DNA of 64,000 bases from a virus: the IMG/VR virus record IMGVR_UViG_3300021197_001602, positions 15,636-79,635 of that record. One strand, written 5' to 3'. The notes beneath the pieces are model-generated. The model did no database searches. It had not been told where the DNA came from and worked only from the letters and a program-made list of their open reading frames with translations. Below are positions 1 to 10,402 of the stretch, piece after piece. Position 1 is the stretch's first letter; the number at the start of each line of letters is the position of its first letter. The translations under genes were made by a program, and so were the position numbers.

Positions 1-2
1 GA

Positions 3-2207
3 GCCTTCGATGACGCACAATCCAAGATGGCAGAAAATGCCAAAACCGAAAAAGAGTTAGCAGCCGCAAAAGCAGCTTCAGTTTCAGTAACAGAAAAGCT
101 AAGTTTAATGTTCGACAAGATGACGGCAGCAATGGCTCCCGTCGTTAGTGTAGCTCACGGTATGATGAATGTCCTTCTTGCCGTGAACGACGCAACGGGC
201 GGCTGGCTAGTTCCCACCATAGGGGCACTTGTCGCCATATTTATTGTTGGCTCAAAGGCGCTCGGAACCTACAACGCCATCATGACGGCAATGGCTATGC
301 GCAAGGGTGTGCTGGCAGGTGCAACAGTGGGACTTGCAGCAGCGCAGGGCGGTCAGGCAGCAGCACAGACCACAGTTGCCGCAACATCAATCCCAGCAGC
401 AGCAGGAACGACAGCAATCGGCGGAGCATCAATGGCAGCAGCCCCAGGCGTCGCAGCATTGGCTTTGGGCTTGGGTATGTTGGCACTGGGTATCGGATTA
501 ATTGCTGGTTCGATTGCAGGAATCGTATGGGCATTCGTTACCTTAATTGGAATGTTCATGGAAGCTCCTATGGCAGCAGTTCAAGCAGCAGGTGCCTTTA
601 TAGTCATGGGCGTAGCCGTTGCAGGCTTAGCTATGATATTCGCAGCACTTCTTCCAATAGCACCGATGGCGATGGCAGCAATGATTATGCTGGGCATTGG
701 TATGATGTTTTTATCTGTTCCGATGCTTCTGTTAGCAGGCTCGTTTGCAATCTTCGCAATGGCTCTAAGTTTGCTTCCAGGCGGAGCAGCAGTTGCATTG
801 GCGTCCCTTGGTTTAGCGATGATTCCGTTTGCATTCTCACTTCTTGCAGCCGCACCAGCAATGTTCTTGGCAGCGCTGCTATTTGGACCATCAGCACTTG
901 TAATCGGCACAGCACTTATGTTCTTGGGCATAGGAGTAAGTCTTTTGTCGAAGTATTCTTCCAGCCTGCCAACAATGGGCGAGAACCTAAGAGTATTCGC
1001 AGTTGGTCTCCGTGGTGCTTCGTGGAGGATGTTCTTAGCGGCAATCTTCTTTGCACCAGCAGCACTAATCTTGGGCGTAGCGCTAATGGCGTTGGGCACA
1101 GGTATCGGAATGATGGTGAAGCACCGAAGAAGTATGAAAACTCTAGGGAAGAACTTGCCAGAGTTCGCAGCGGGTCTCTTGCTTGCAGCCCCAGGGCTGA
1201 TGGCAGCAGGTCTGATGCTTGGCGCAGCAGCCTTACCATTCCTGATGGGTGCGATTGGAATAACGCTCGGCATGATGGTGATGTCGATGATTCCAGCAGA
1301 ACAGGTCTTGATAGTCAGTGAGCAATTGGCTCTGGCAATGCCGTTTTTGATGGAAATAGCATTGGGGTTGATGGCAGCCTCACCTATCTTATTTGTTGCG
1401 AGTATATGGTTCTTCTTTGCCTCAATGTTGTTGGCTATTGCAGCGCCAATGTTTTTATTCGCAGCCGTTTTTATTGCATTCGGAATGTCAATATTAAATG
1501 AGCCTCTCCGCCAATTCACGATGACGATGCTGATGATGGCACCCATTGTACCTCAGTTGTTTGCAATTGCAGCAGCGCTTGTTGTATTAGGGTTCGCATT
1601 GCCAGTCTTTGGCTTTGGGTTGTTCCTCTTGGGACTCTTTGCTTCTCTGCCCTTTGTCGGAACTGGTCTTGATGTTATGTCATCGGCACTTTATATCTTT
1701 GCGGATGCAGTAAGTGGAATACCAACAGAGAAGGCTATCGCACTCGGTCAGATATTTGGTGGACTTGCAGCTATGACCGACCTTGAAGGTATCGGCGATG
1801 CACTCTATGACCTCTCCATGGGGCTCATGTGGCTATCGATAGCATTGAATAAAATGCCAGAAGAAGCCATGGTCAAAATGGGGGTTGTCTTCGAGAAGGG
1901 CATGGCACCGATGGGTGAGTTTGCTAAGAACATGACACCTGAAGTTGCAATGTCAGCAGGAAACTTGGTTGACGAAGCCGAAAGATATGTCGAGGTTCAA
2001 GCGAATATGAAATCCACCAAGGACGACGCCTTTGCTCAAATGGTCACTGCATCTGCAAAAGCTTCACAGGCGAGAGCCGACGCAGACAAGGCTTCCGCAG
2101 AATCAGGTGGTGGTGGACAAGATGTTGTGCTCGTTCTCAATGAGAGAGAATTGGGAAGAGCAGTTGAAGCTATATTGAACAAGAGAGTAAACTTGAGCGT
2201 TAGCTAA
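3..2207 (+). CDS. Tail tape-measure-like protein, C-terminal part (frame open at left edge)
   Basis: Long Ala/Gly/Leu/Met-rich helical repeats; C-terminal VVLVLNERELGRAV motif typical of TMP ends; precedes baseplate genes. Confidence 0.7.
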   Translation, partial: AFDDAQSKMAENAKTEKELAAAKAASVSVTEKLSLMFDKMTAAMAPVVSVAHGMMNVLLAVNDATGGWLVPTIGALVAIFIVGSKALGTYNAIMTAMAMRKGVLAGATVGLAAAQGGQAAAQTTVAATSIPAAAGTTAIGGASMAAAPGVAALALGLGMLALGIGLIAGSIAGIVWAFVTLIGMFMEAPMAAVQAAGAFIVMGVAVAGLAMIFAALLPIAPMAMAAMIMLGIGMMFLSVPMLLLAGSFAIFAMALSLLPGGAAVALASLGLAMIPFAFSLLAAAPAMFLAALLFGPSALVIGTALMFLGIGVSLLSKYSSSLPTMGENLRVFAVGLRGASWRMFLAAIFFAPAALILGVALMALGTGIGMMVKHRRSMKTLGKNLPEFAAGLLLAAPGLMAAGLMLGAAALPFLMGAIGITLGMMVMSMIPAEQVLIVSEQLALAMPFLMEIALGLMAASPILFVASIWFFFASMLLAIAAPMFLFAAVFIAFGMSILNEPLRQFTMTMLMMAPIVPQLFAIAAALVVLGFALPVFGFGLFLLGLFASLPFVGTGLDVMSSALYIFADAVSGIPTEKAIALGQIFGGLAAMTDLEGIGDALYDLSMGLMWLSIALNKMPEEAMVKMGVVFEKGMAPMGEFAKNMTPEVAMSAGNLVDEAERYVEVQANMKSTKDDAFAQMVTASAKASQARADADKASAESGGGGQDVVLVLNERELGRAVEAILNKRVNLSVS

Positions 2208-2233
2208 TTAGGTATATGGGAGAGAATAAATAA

Positions 2234-2968
2234 ATGGCTACATTTAAAAGCGGAATGTCAGGCGACGCCTCGGACTTGTTGGCGAACGATAAAAGGTTGA
2301 TTATTGATATTTTTCATATTCCAACAAAAACATCCGTCCAGTTCAAGGCTTTTGTGACATCTTATCAGGATAAGTTCGAGTCCGAGTATAACTCAGAAGA
2401 AGTTTATGGTCGAATGGACCCAATCCAGACCTTTAAGGGAACAAAAAGAACAATATCTTTGGGCTGGGAGGTTATCTCAGCCTCAGAAGAGGAAGCGGTC
2501 ACAAATTTGGAGCGATGCACTACTTTGTTTTCAATGTTATACCCAACATATTCTGAAACGGGAGCTTCAGTCGCAACAACCATTGCGGCAGGACCAATCT
2601 TTAGGCTAAAGTTTGCAAACTTAATTCAAGATGTAAGCTCTGGTGCCTCTGGGGCTTCTTCGGCGGAATCAAATGGTCTTGTCGGGACCATAGGTGGATT
2701 CACATACGAACCAGACTTCGATTCAGGCTTCTTTGACGCTGGCATTGGTACGCTATATCCACAGACAATTAAATTGTCTTGTGATTATACTGTAAACCAC
2801 ACCCACGGCTTGGGTTGGGCAAACGGCACCAAGAGAACAAAAAACTTTCCTTATAACCAAGCAGGGGAAACAGGCACCCCAGCAGGAACAGAGACTGGTG
2901 ACAAGCCAACCACCGCTGACCCCGTGGAAGCAGAAACCGCTGGCATTGAAACAACTGGGGGTGGATGA
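2234..2968 (+). CDS. Baseplate/tail-tube initiator-like protein
   Basis: FKAFVTSYQD...VYGRMDPIQTFKGTKRTISLGW pattern; position between TMP and LysM-like gene. Confidence 0.55.
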   Translation: MATFKSGMSGDASDLLANDKRLIIDIFHIPTKTSVQFKAFVTSYQDKFESEYNSEEVYGRMDPIQTFKGTKRTISLGWEVISASEEEAVTNLERCTTLFSMLYPTYSETGASVATTIAAGPIFRLKFANLIQDVSSGASGASSAESNGLVGTIGGFTYEPDFDSGFFDAGIGTLYPQTIKLSCDYTVNHTHGLGWANGTKRTKNFPYNQAGETGTPAGTETGDKPTTADPVEAETAGIETTGGG

Positions 2969-3309
2969 TGAGTAAAAGATATGATAACAGCGCACCTCTG
3001 GAAAACTCTGAAGAGATTTACCAAGACGCTTTCGAGGCTCGTGGAATAAAAAAAGTCCGACAGTTTGGTACGGCAAAGCTCCGTCATCCAACCGCCCTTG
3101 AGAGAACCAATCTTGAGCGAGTCGGTCATGTTTGGAAGGTTGGAGATAGATTTTTTAAACTAGCTCACAAATATTATGGAGATTCAGCTTACTGGTGGGT
3201 CATTGCATGGTATAATAAAAAACCCACTGAGTCTCATGTTGAGCTTGGAGAAGTTATTAAAGTTCCACTTCCCTTATATAGGGTTTTGGAATATTTGAGA
3301 TACGAGTAG
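2965..3309 (+). CDS. LysM/tail-X-like baseplate protein
   Basis: HVWKVGDRFFKLAHKYYGDSAYWWVIAWYN...GEVIKVP. Confidence 0.7.
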   Translation: MMSKRYDNSAPLENSEEIYQDAFEARGIKKVRQFGTAKLRHPTALERTNLERVGHVWKVGDRFFKLAHKYYGDSAYWWVIAWYNKKPTESHVELGEVIKVPLPLYRVLEYLRYE

Positions 3310-3315
3310 GATGCA

Positions 3316-5727
3316 ATGGCAGAAGAACCAAACAAAGATATCATCACAGATGAGAATAAGGCTGTCCAAGCAAGGCGACTGCAAGAGCAGTGCTTTCTAG
3401 TTTATAACTTTGAAGCATTTGCAGATTCTAACATTGAAAATACATTTAGCAACTTTGTGCCTCTTCATGGAAACCCCATGCAGATTGTTCAAAAGCTTTT
3501 AGCGATTCCAGACCTTAATGCACTTATGACAATCAAGCCTTACTTGATGTCTACACTTGTGCCTCAAATCCGATTGTATAAGGTGCACTATCCTTCTAGA
3601 GACTCTCAGGGTGTTGCCATTGAAATTCCCTTTGATGATTACTTGAACCCATCTTCTATTGAAGACATGACCAAATCTGGCTACAGCAAAGGATTGGGCG
3701 CTGGAGTTAAGTCGTTTGAGTGGGAACTGCTGGGAACAAACCCCGCAGAATCTGACAACAATATTAAAGCAAAGCTTAAATTGCACTTCAATTCTATGCA
3801 GGACATGCTTGCCCCTCGTGGTGAACATGAGGGTCAAAAGATATCTTTTCTCAACCTCGTTGAGCCTTCTGCAAAGTTTAGCAATGATAGTGGCGACGCT
3901 GGCAAGAAGAGTTCAGAGGGCTCTAGAAGTTATAATGAAAAATACTTTAGAATTCGTGTTTCCGTCGGCTACGGTGACCCGACTGGTTCACTGTGGGATG
4001 ATGAGCCCAATTCCGCAGGCTTAAAAGAGGTCGTAAAGAATGCAAGACAATTCTTTAATTTAAACATGGTGTCCCACTCTTTGGATTTCAAGGAGCACGG
4101 TGCGGTCGACCTGGAGATAGAGTATATTGCAGACTCAGAAGGTGCTCTTAGTAGCAAATATGCAGATGTCCTCTTGATTGGCAGAACCGAAGCCATGGAT
4201 AAGGCAGAAGCTGAAAGAGCGGCAGCAAGAGAAACCTCCGCTGCTTCTGTCAGCGCAGAGAACGATTCCAATTGCGGCAAAGATGAAGATGATAGGTCTA
4301 AAGAGGCAAAAGAGGGCGAAAAAGAACTTTTAGAAAATCAGGCTGAAGCTGAAGCTGAAGATAGAGCAGTCTTGTATAACGCTCTCCTGTCAGGTTTAGA
4401 AAATTCGGGTAAAATTTGGAAAGTCAGGGTCACCGCAGAAGACCTTGGCATGTTAGACGGTCAGCAAGCAACAGGTGACACCGCAGCAGCCCGCCGAACC
4501 GCAAAGGATAAGGCTTGGGTAACAAGCAACCGTGAGAAAGCCGAAGGCGGCTCATTATCAGATTTACGCAATGCGACTGAGGAGGCTATTGATGACCCCA
4601 ACGAAGCGGCAGGCTCTTTCAAGCAAGACGGGGACGCAACGCCAGGACCAGACGAGCTAGATATCCACTATTTCCATTATGGAGATTTGTTGAATGTGGC
4701 ACTCCGCTGTTTGTATGAAACGGGAACTCCAGAGCTAGAGAGATTAAAAGTCATTGCTGGTCCGTATGTTTATTATGACCCCCAGACGAACACACTAAAA
4801 GATAATTATAATATGGCAGATATTCCAATTTCTTTGAACCTGTTTCAAATTTGGTTTATGGATAAGGTCGTCAAGCCTCAAATTAAAAAGTATTCTTTGA
4901 AGAAGTTTATTAAAGATTCTGTAACAAGCCTTGTAGGGGCAGCCATGAACCCCGAGTGTTTTGGTAAAGAGTACGGCAAAGCACCAGCGAACTTGAGCAT
5001 ACAAATGTTGCAAGTACCAGCGACCGACAAAGGGCAGTGCCGAGTTAGCGGGAAAAACACTCAAGGTAAGATTGGCGGCAAGCGAGTTAAAGACCTTGAG
5101 GGAATCTTGCCCTATCCAAGCGCCGTAAAGGCAGAAAAAGCTGAGTCGTTTCCTTACCTCTTTATTTATGTTTCATCACATGGTGCAAAAGGCTTCGGTC
5201 CACCGTCTGAAGGAGAGGGCTCAAGAGAGAAGAGGGATGCTAAACTTGGAACATACCATTTTAGAATCGGCGCAGATGGCGGACTTGTCAAGAAGATTAA
5301 TTTTAAGAAGTCTGACCAGCCCTTTGCACGAGAAGCGAGAATGGAGCTTGAGGGCGAACTCGGTGGCGGCTTCCTTAGAGAAAAATATAACGCCGATGTG
5401 GAAATGTTTGGAAACGCCATTTTCAGACCAGGAATGCATGTTTATATCGACCCCGCAACAGTCGGAGCAGGAGACCCTTCGCAGATAAAGAGCATTGCAG
5501 CAATGCTTGGGCTGGGTGGCTATTTCTTAACTACAAATGTTAAATGCGCCATCGAGTCGGGCAAGTTCCAGACAGACCTTAAGTGTATTTGGACATCAAG
5601 CGGCTCAGGAAAGGCTCCCACGGATAAGAGTAACGAGGGTAGTGACTGCGATGACGGCTCTACTGGGCAGCCAGTTGATGGATTGCCTGCTGGCACCGAG
5701 ATGCCAAAAGTCGGAGATGCAACATAA
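3316..5727 (+). CDS. Putative baseplate hub protein
   Basis: 803 aa; C-terminal MFGNAIFRPG...GGYFLTTNVKCAI as in hub proteins; synteny. Confidence 0.5.
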   Translation: MAEEPNKDIITDENKAVQARRLQEQCFLVYNFEAFADSNIENTFSNFVPLHGNPMQIVQKLLAIPDLNALMTIKPYLMSTLVPQIRLYKVHYPSRDSQGVAIEIPFDDYLNPSSIEDMTKSGYSKGLGAGVKSFEWELLGTNPAESDNNIKAKLKLHFNSMQDMLAPRGEHEGQKISFLNLVEPSAKFSNDSGDAGKKSSEGSRSYNEKYFRIRVSVGYGDPTGSLWDDEPNSAGLKEVVKNARQFFNLNMVSHSLDFKEHGAVDLEIEYIADSEGALSSKYADVLLIGRTEAMDKAEAERAAARETSAASVSAENDSNCGKDEDDRSKEAKEGEKELLENQAEAEAEDRAVLYNALLSGLENSGKIWKVRVTAEDLGMLDGQQATGDTAAARRTAKDKAWVTSNREKAEGGSLSDLRNATEEAIDDPNEAAGSFKQDGDATPGPDELDIHYFHYGDLLNVALRCLYETGTPELERLKVIAGPYVYYDPQTNTLKDNYNMADIPISLNLFQIWFMDKVVKPQIKKYSLKKFIKDSVTSLVGAAMNPECFGKEYGKAPANLSIQMLQVPATDKGQCRVSGKNTQGKIGGKRVKDLEGILPYPSAVKAEKAESFPYLFIYVSSHGAKGFGPPSEGEGSREKRDAKLGTYHFRIGADGGLVKKINFKKSDQPFAREARMELEGELGGGFLREKYNADVEMFGNAIFRPGMHVYIDPATVGAGDPSQIKSIAAMLGLGGYFLTTNVKCAIESGKFQTDLKCIWTSSGSGKAPTDKSNEGSDCDDGSTGQPVDGLPAGTEMPKVGDAT

Positions 5728-7013
5728 TGAAAAGATTTCAAATTAAAAAAGATGCAGCAGTAGACGAGAATCTAATCCCGAAAGGTGAGAACAGCTTGAC
5801 ATCTCTAGCTGCATTCCATCAGAGAGGGCTTTACGCTGAGACTGCATATCCAGAGCTATTGCCCGAACCTCTTGACACATACTCAGATTATAATATCTTG
5901 TATGGGAGAGTCAATGAATCGGGCTCACCAATCATTCTTGCAGAGGATAACTTAAAACAAATTCTTTCACCAAGTGGCGAAACTAAGTTTGTTCTTGATT
6001 TTGTTGCTGATGCTTGGAATGAATTAGTGGCTCATCACCAGAAGGCGATAAGGTTAAAAGCTATAAGAGTCGAGAATACAGTGTTTAAGAAGATGGAGCC
6101 AAAGCAGGCATGGGAAAGCGTCCATACGAGATACAACGAGCATATGCAGAACTTGTATGGAGTTTTCGTTGGGGACCACCTCTCCTCCCCAATGAACCAA
6201 GAGATTGTTGATTTTGACTCATTCCTCCGACATTTCATGGGCTATTGCGGTAAGGTCGCAAGGAATATGCCAGTGACGAGAACTGCATTTATCACATCGA
6301 GATACGCATCTCCACTTTCTTCTGGTTTGATGGTCGAGCTAATCAAGGGCAAACACGATGATGATTATGGAAAGTACATTGGCTTTATCCGTGATATTAA
6401 TTTTGACTTCTTCACAACAGCTTGCAGAAAGTTTGGTTTTTTAGTTGACAAAAATGCTCCATGGCGTATAATAGCAGATGTGAATTCAAGTTACATGCGA
6501 AAGAAAATGAACGAGAGGCAAGCAGGCGTGAGCACCACCAAGGATGTATTTAATTTTTATTATCTAGACAGCATGAGTTACGAGATTGCAAACATTAAGG
6601 GCTTCCTGTTTCAAATGTACGAATTATTTATTTCTCAACAGCCTGATGTTACAAAGCTCAATACCACCTTCAAGGGCAAGGATTCAAAAACATCAATTTG
6701 TTATACCGAGAGGCGAAGAATCACACTCGCTGAATATGAAGAAAAGTACTCCGATGCCTTCTGGATGCGGGCAATCATATATTTAAGAGCCGTGGAAACA
6801 AAGTCGCCACAGACACAGAGGGAGTTCGAGAAGGCTGTACAACGAGCTTGCGAGCATTTGCATTGGCAAGGAGCCGCATCAGCACTGAATTATGTTAAGA
6901 GGGAATATGGTCACAACCTCGAAGAGGTTTATAAAAAAAGTTTGAACTTTCACTTGACAAACGAGAAAGTCTATGATAGATTAATACATAAGAAACCGAA
7001 CTTCCAATTTTAG
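5727..7013 (+). CDS. Hypothetical phage protein (428 aa)
   Basis: Long ORF coupled to upstream gene; no recognised motif. Confidence 0.6.
   Translation: MKRFQIKKDAAVDENLIPKGENSLTSLAAFHQRGLYAETAYPELLPEPLDTYSDYNILYGRVNESGSPIILAEDNLKQILSPSGETKFVLDFVADAWNELVAHHQKAIRLKAIRVENTVFKKMEPKQAWESVHTRYNEHMQNLYGVFVGDHLSSPMNQEIVDFDSFLRHFMGYCGKVARNMPVTRTAFITSRYASPLSSGLMVELIKGKHDDDYGKYIGFIRDINFDFFTTACRKFGFLVDKNAPWRIIADVNSSYMRKKMNERQAGVSTTKDVFNFYYLDSMSYEIANIKGFLFQMYELFISQQPDVTKLNTTFKGKDSKTSICYTERRRITLAEYEEKYSDAFWMRAIIYLRAVETKSPQTQREFEKAVQRACEHLHWQGAASALNYVKREYGHNLEEVYKKSLNFHLTNEKVYDRLIHKKPNFQF
6954..6982 (+). promoter_or_regulatory. sigma70-type promoter
   Basis: TTGACA-17-TAGATT with TG extension, upstream A-tract; inside end of upstream ORF, before polA-like gene. 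Confidence 0.6.
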
Positions 7014-7020
7014 GTGATGA

Positions 7021-8214
7021 ATGCTATTTCAAGCCCTTGACAACAAAAAAGATTGCTATGGTGTATATTGCGATGGCGTAATCCACCTCGATGAGGCATT
7101 CCAGTCAGACCAACTAACAAAAACATGGTCGTATTCTCCTTTTTTGGCTGATTTGGACGGTGTAGAGTATGCTCAACTATACTGCTTGGGGCAATCCCTT
7201 ACGCAGGTCTGCCCAGCAGAGCTTGAGGAAGAATGGTCATCGATATCATCCAGGCTCAAGGCGTTCTTGAAGTCTTTTTCTCATGCTAAAATATCTTTAG
7301 ACGAACACTGCTTCTTTGACCTTGTTCCTGAGCGGTTTCTGGTTGAGTTCTGTGAAATTAAAAATGAGATTACAGAACATGTAATAAAAACTCATAAAAA
7401 ACCAGAAAATTATGAATTTATGAAGGAGGTTGTTCGTCTAACCTCGGACATCTCAAGTCAAGCGGTTAATATTGACAAGAAACCACTAAAATCTTGCCTT
7501 GGGAGCGCAAAGGGTCGCTCTTTGTGGAAGAACTTTGATGGAATCAGCAGGAGAATCGTGTATAATCCTTATGGCACAAAGACTGGAAGATTGACAACCA
7601 TCAAGACAAGCTTTCCAATCTTGACTCTTGCGAAAGAGCACCGAGCTATTCTCACGCCCAGAAACGACTGGTTTGTCGAGTTAGACTTTAACGCAGCAGA
7701 GTTGCGCACCCTCCTTTCACTTGCAGGTGAGGACCAGCCAACGGACGATGTTCATATCTGGAATGTGGAGAATGTATATAATGGAAAATACGACAGAGCT
7801 AAGGCAAAACAAAAGATATTCGCATGGCTGTATAATCCGAAGTCGAAAGACAAGCGGGCAAGCAAAGCCTACAAGAGAGACGAGGTTTTGGAGAAGTATT
7901 GGGACGGCACTTTCATAAAGACTCCCTTTGGCAGGACAATTGAGGCAGACCAGAAACATGCACTAAATTATATTATTCAGAGCACCACTAGTGATGTCTT
8001 TCTCGATAGAGCGATTGCCCTGCACAAGCTGCTAAGCACGAAGAAGAGCACAATTGCAATGCTCATACACGATTCTGTTATTGTTGACCTTGCCAACGAA
8101 GACTTGGACATGGTAAAAGAAATGGTTAATATATTTTCAGATACAAAGCTTGGCTCCTACCGTGTAGGTGTTAAGGCTGGGAAAAACTTTGGTGATTTAA
8201 GGAAGCTATTATGA
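7021..8214 (+). CDS. Compact family A DNA polymerase (polymerase core only)
   Basis: TKTGRLT; motif A ELDFNAAELR; motif B RAKAKQKIFAWLY; ALNYIIQS; motif C LIHDS. Confidence 0.85.
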   Translation: MLFQALDNKKDCYGVYCDGVIHLDEAFQSDQLTKTWSYSPFLADLDGVEYAQLYCLGQSLTQVCPAELEEEWSSISSRLKAFLKSFSHAKISLDEHCFFDLVPERFLVEFCEIKNEITEHVIKTHKKPENYEFMKEVVRLTSDISSQAVNIDKKPLKSCLGSAKGRSLWKNFDGISRRIVYNPYGTKTGRLTTIKTSFPILTLAKEHRAILTPRNDWFVELDFNAAELRTLLSLAGEDQPTDDVHIWNVENVYNGKYDRAKAKQKIFAWLYNPKSKDKRASKAYKRDEVLEKYWDGTFIKTPFGRTIEADQKHALNYIIQSTTSDVFLDRAIALHKLLSTKKSTIAMLIHDSVIVDLANEDLDMVKEMVNIFSDTKLGSYRVGVKAGKNFGDLRKLL

Positions 8215-9080
8215 ATATTGTTGGATTCGGTGGGGCAGGCTGTGCTTTTGTTAGCCAGTTGGAGAAGCATAACCAATATAATATATACAAGATTGACAAG
8301 GGCTTGCCGAGGAAGGGGAACACTTACCCCATCAGCGCACAATCCTCTCACGAAGAGTACGAAAAGAACCCTCCGAAGCTAAGCCAGTTCATCTCAAGAA
8401 TGGCTAAGTCTAAGAGCTTGGTATTTGTTTTCGCTGGAGGCGGCGCAACTTCAGGAGCATCTCTTCAGGTGCTTGAGCAGTTCCACAAGAAATATCCAAA
8501 AACAATAGATATTCTCTATATCAAGCCAGATGTCAGTTCGCTCTCCAAGGTTGCTAAAATGCAGGACAAGATTTGTTATCGTGTCTTGCAGGAGTATGCA
8601 AGGTCTGGTGTGTTCCGAAGTATTATGCTGGTGAGCAACCCCCATGTCGAGACAGCTTTGGGCAACTTGCCTGTAAAAAATTATTATGAAAATATGAACA
8701 GCTACCTTGCTTATATTTTTCACATGACAAATGTGTTTAAAAATACAGAGTCCGTAATCTCTTCATCCACAGTTGACAAGGAACCTCACATTAGGATTTG
8801 TACACTCGGCATCGTGGACATAGAAAAAAAAGAAGAAAAGTTGCTTTTTCCTCTTGACAAACCGCAAATAAAAGACTATTATTATGGCATAACTTCGGAA
8901 AGGATTGAGAATGACAACACGCTGCTTACTTCAATCAGAGAGCACATTTCAGAAGCTTCTGGAGAAGAGGTCGCCTCCTCATACTCAGTTCATCAAACCT
9001 CTTATGAGGCTGATTTCGGATATGTCGTTGCATGGTCTTCAAATGTGCAAGCATTTCCAGACACTTACAAGTCCCTTTAA
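8211..9080 (+). CDS. Tubulin/FtsZ-superfamily protein (PhuZ/TubZ-like)
   Basis: N-terminal IVGFGGAGC; degenerate tubulin signature AGGGATSG; IMLVSN. Confidence 0.7.
   Translation: MNIVGFGGAGCAFVSQLEKHNQYNIYKIDKGLPRKGNTYPISAQSSHEEYEKNPPKLSQFISRMAKSKSLVFVFAGGGATSGASLQVLEQFHKKYPKTIDILYIKPDVSSLSKVAKMQDKICYRVLQEYARSGVFRSIMLVSNPHVETALGNLPVKNYYENMNSYLAYIFHMTNVFKNTESVISSSTVDKEPHIRICTLGIVDIEKKEEKLLFPLDKPQIKDYYYGITSERIENDNTLLTSIREHISEASGEEVASSYSVHQTSYEADFGYVVAWSSNVQAFPDTYKSL
8854..8882 (+). promoter_or_regulatory. sigma70-type promoter inside tubulin-like gene
   Basis: TTGACA-17-TATTAT preceded by A-tracts. Confidence 0.4.
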
Positions 9081-9098
9081 AAAAAGATAAAAAAGTTG

Positions 9099-9127
9099 TT
9101 GACACGACCAAAGAGTTGTGTTATATT
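9099..9127 (+). promoter_or_regulatory. sigma70-type promoter
   Basis: TTGACA-17-TATATT, TG extension, A-tract UP element. Confidence 0.8.
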
Positions 9128-9154
9128 GTATTCACAATCAGAAAAGGAGAAACA

Positions 9155-9460
9155 ATGATTGGATATAGTGGTACCTTCGTGAAGAACAATGGTGAAGAGC
9201 GAGCGATGAAGTTCGTGAAATTGGCAGACCTGCCTCAAGGCTTCCTTGACAATAAAGTCAAGGGGGATGATGCAACTGCTCGCCAGAGGAATCTAAGCGA
9301 AGGCTTTGAGTTAGTGTGGGATGTTGATGCTGATGCATTCCGAGTCTATAATTGGAACACTGCGATTGGTGAGACATCCACCATCTCGGGTTCATACGAG
9401 CAGGAGGGAGAAAATCATACTTTTTACTTTACAGATGATGTAAACGGTGTTAAACTATAA
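9155..9460 (+). CDS. Hypothetical protein, WYL/SH3-like phage family
   Basis: RBS AAGGAG; FVKNNGEERAM...VWDVDADAFRVYNW. Confidence 0.55.
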   Translation: MIGYSGTFVKNNGEERAMKFVKLADLPQGFLDNKVKGDDATARQRNLSEGFELVWDVDADAFRVYNWNTAIGETSTISGSYEQEGENHTFYFTDDVNGVKL

Positions 9461-9545
9461 CAACAAACAATAGATGTTTGGAAGATTTGCCAAACATACT
9501 AAAGGGTAATTTACCCGCCATTTAAACTATAAAAGGAGAATCATA

Positions 9546-10316
9546 ATGGCTATTAATCTAGATAAGATGCGAAACAAACTGACCTCGGTGCAGAGCCGAG
9601 GACAAGGACGAACTTCACAGTTCTGGCGACCAGCGGACGGCGACCAGAACATCCGTATCGTTCCGACAGCAGACGGCGACCCCTTCAAGGAGTTCTGGTT
9701 CCATTACAATGTGGGCAAGAACGCTGGGTTCCTGTCCCCAAAGAAGAACTTTGGTGAGGATGACCCGTTGGACGCATTTGTTCGACAACTCTTCAACGAA
9801 GGCACCGAGGACAGCATTAAGATGGCAAAGAATCTTATGGCTCGTCAGCGCTTCTTCTCTCCAATCATTGTGCGTGGAGAGGAAGAGAAGGGTGTTCGAC
9901 TATGGGGCTATGGCAAGCAGGTTTACACGCAGCTTCTTGAGCTTGTGTTGAACCCTGAGTACGGCGATATCACCGACCCAGAAGCTGGGACCGACTTGGT
10001 TCTGAACTATGGCAAGCCAGCAGGGATGTCTTTCCCGCAGACAAAGATTATGCCGTCTCGACGGACTTCAGAAATCTGCAAGGACATCACCTCAGAGGAG
10101 TGCGCAACTTTACTGGACTCAGTTCCAGATTTTACAAGCGTGTTCGACCGAAAGACTCCAGAGGATGTCCAGCGTATGCTTGACGAATACCTCTCGGATG
10201 ATGAATCTGCGGAAGAACTCTCTTCCGAGACCACCCGCTACGGCAGTGATACTACCACTACCTCCCAAACCAATGCTAGTAGCGTGGAAAGTGCCTTCCA
10301 AGACCTAATCGGGTAA
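9546..10316 (+). CDS. Single-stranded DNA-binding protein (gp32-like)
   Basis: FWRPADGDQNIRIVP...PFKEFWFHY; YGDITDPEAGTD; acidic C-terminal tail. Confidence 0.8.
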   Translation: MAINLDKMRNKLTSVQSRGQGRTSQFWRPADGDQNIRIVPTADGDPFKEFWFHYNVGKNAGFLSPKKNFGEDDPLDAFVRQLFNEGTEDSIKMAKNLMARQRFFSPIIVRGEEEKGVRLWGYGKQVYTQLLELVLNPEYGDITDPEAGTDLVLNYGKPAGMSFPQTKIMPSRRTSEICKDITSEECATLLDSVPDFTSVFDRKTPEDVQRMLDEYLSDDESAEELSSETTRYGSDTTTTSQTNASSVESAFQDLIG

Positions 10317-10333
10317 TAAGCGCACTATAAAAA

Positions 10334-10371
10334 TACCCACAGGGGGGCACAGGGTTATCAGGTGTCCCAAT
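10334..10371 (+). repeat. Intergenic structured repeat copy 1
   Basis: TACCCACAGGGGGGCACAGGGTTATCAGGTGTCCCAAT; 37/38 identical to 11226-11263. Confidence 0.9.
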
Positions 10372-10402
10372 TTTTATTATACCAAAAAGGAATTGAATTA
10401 TT

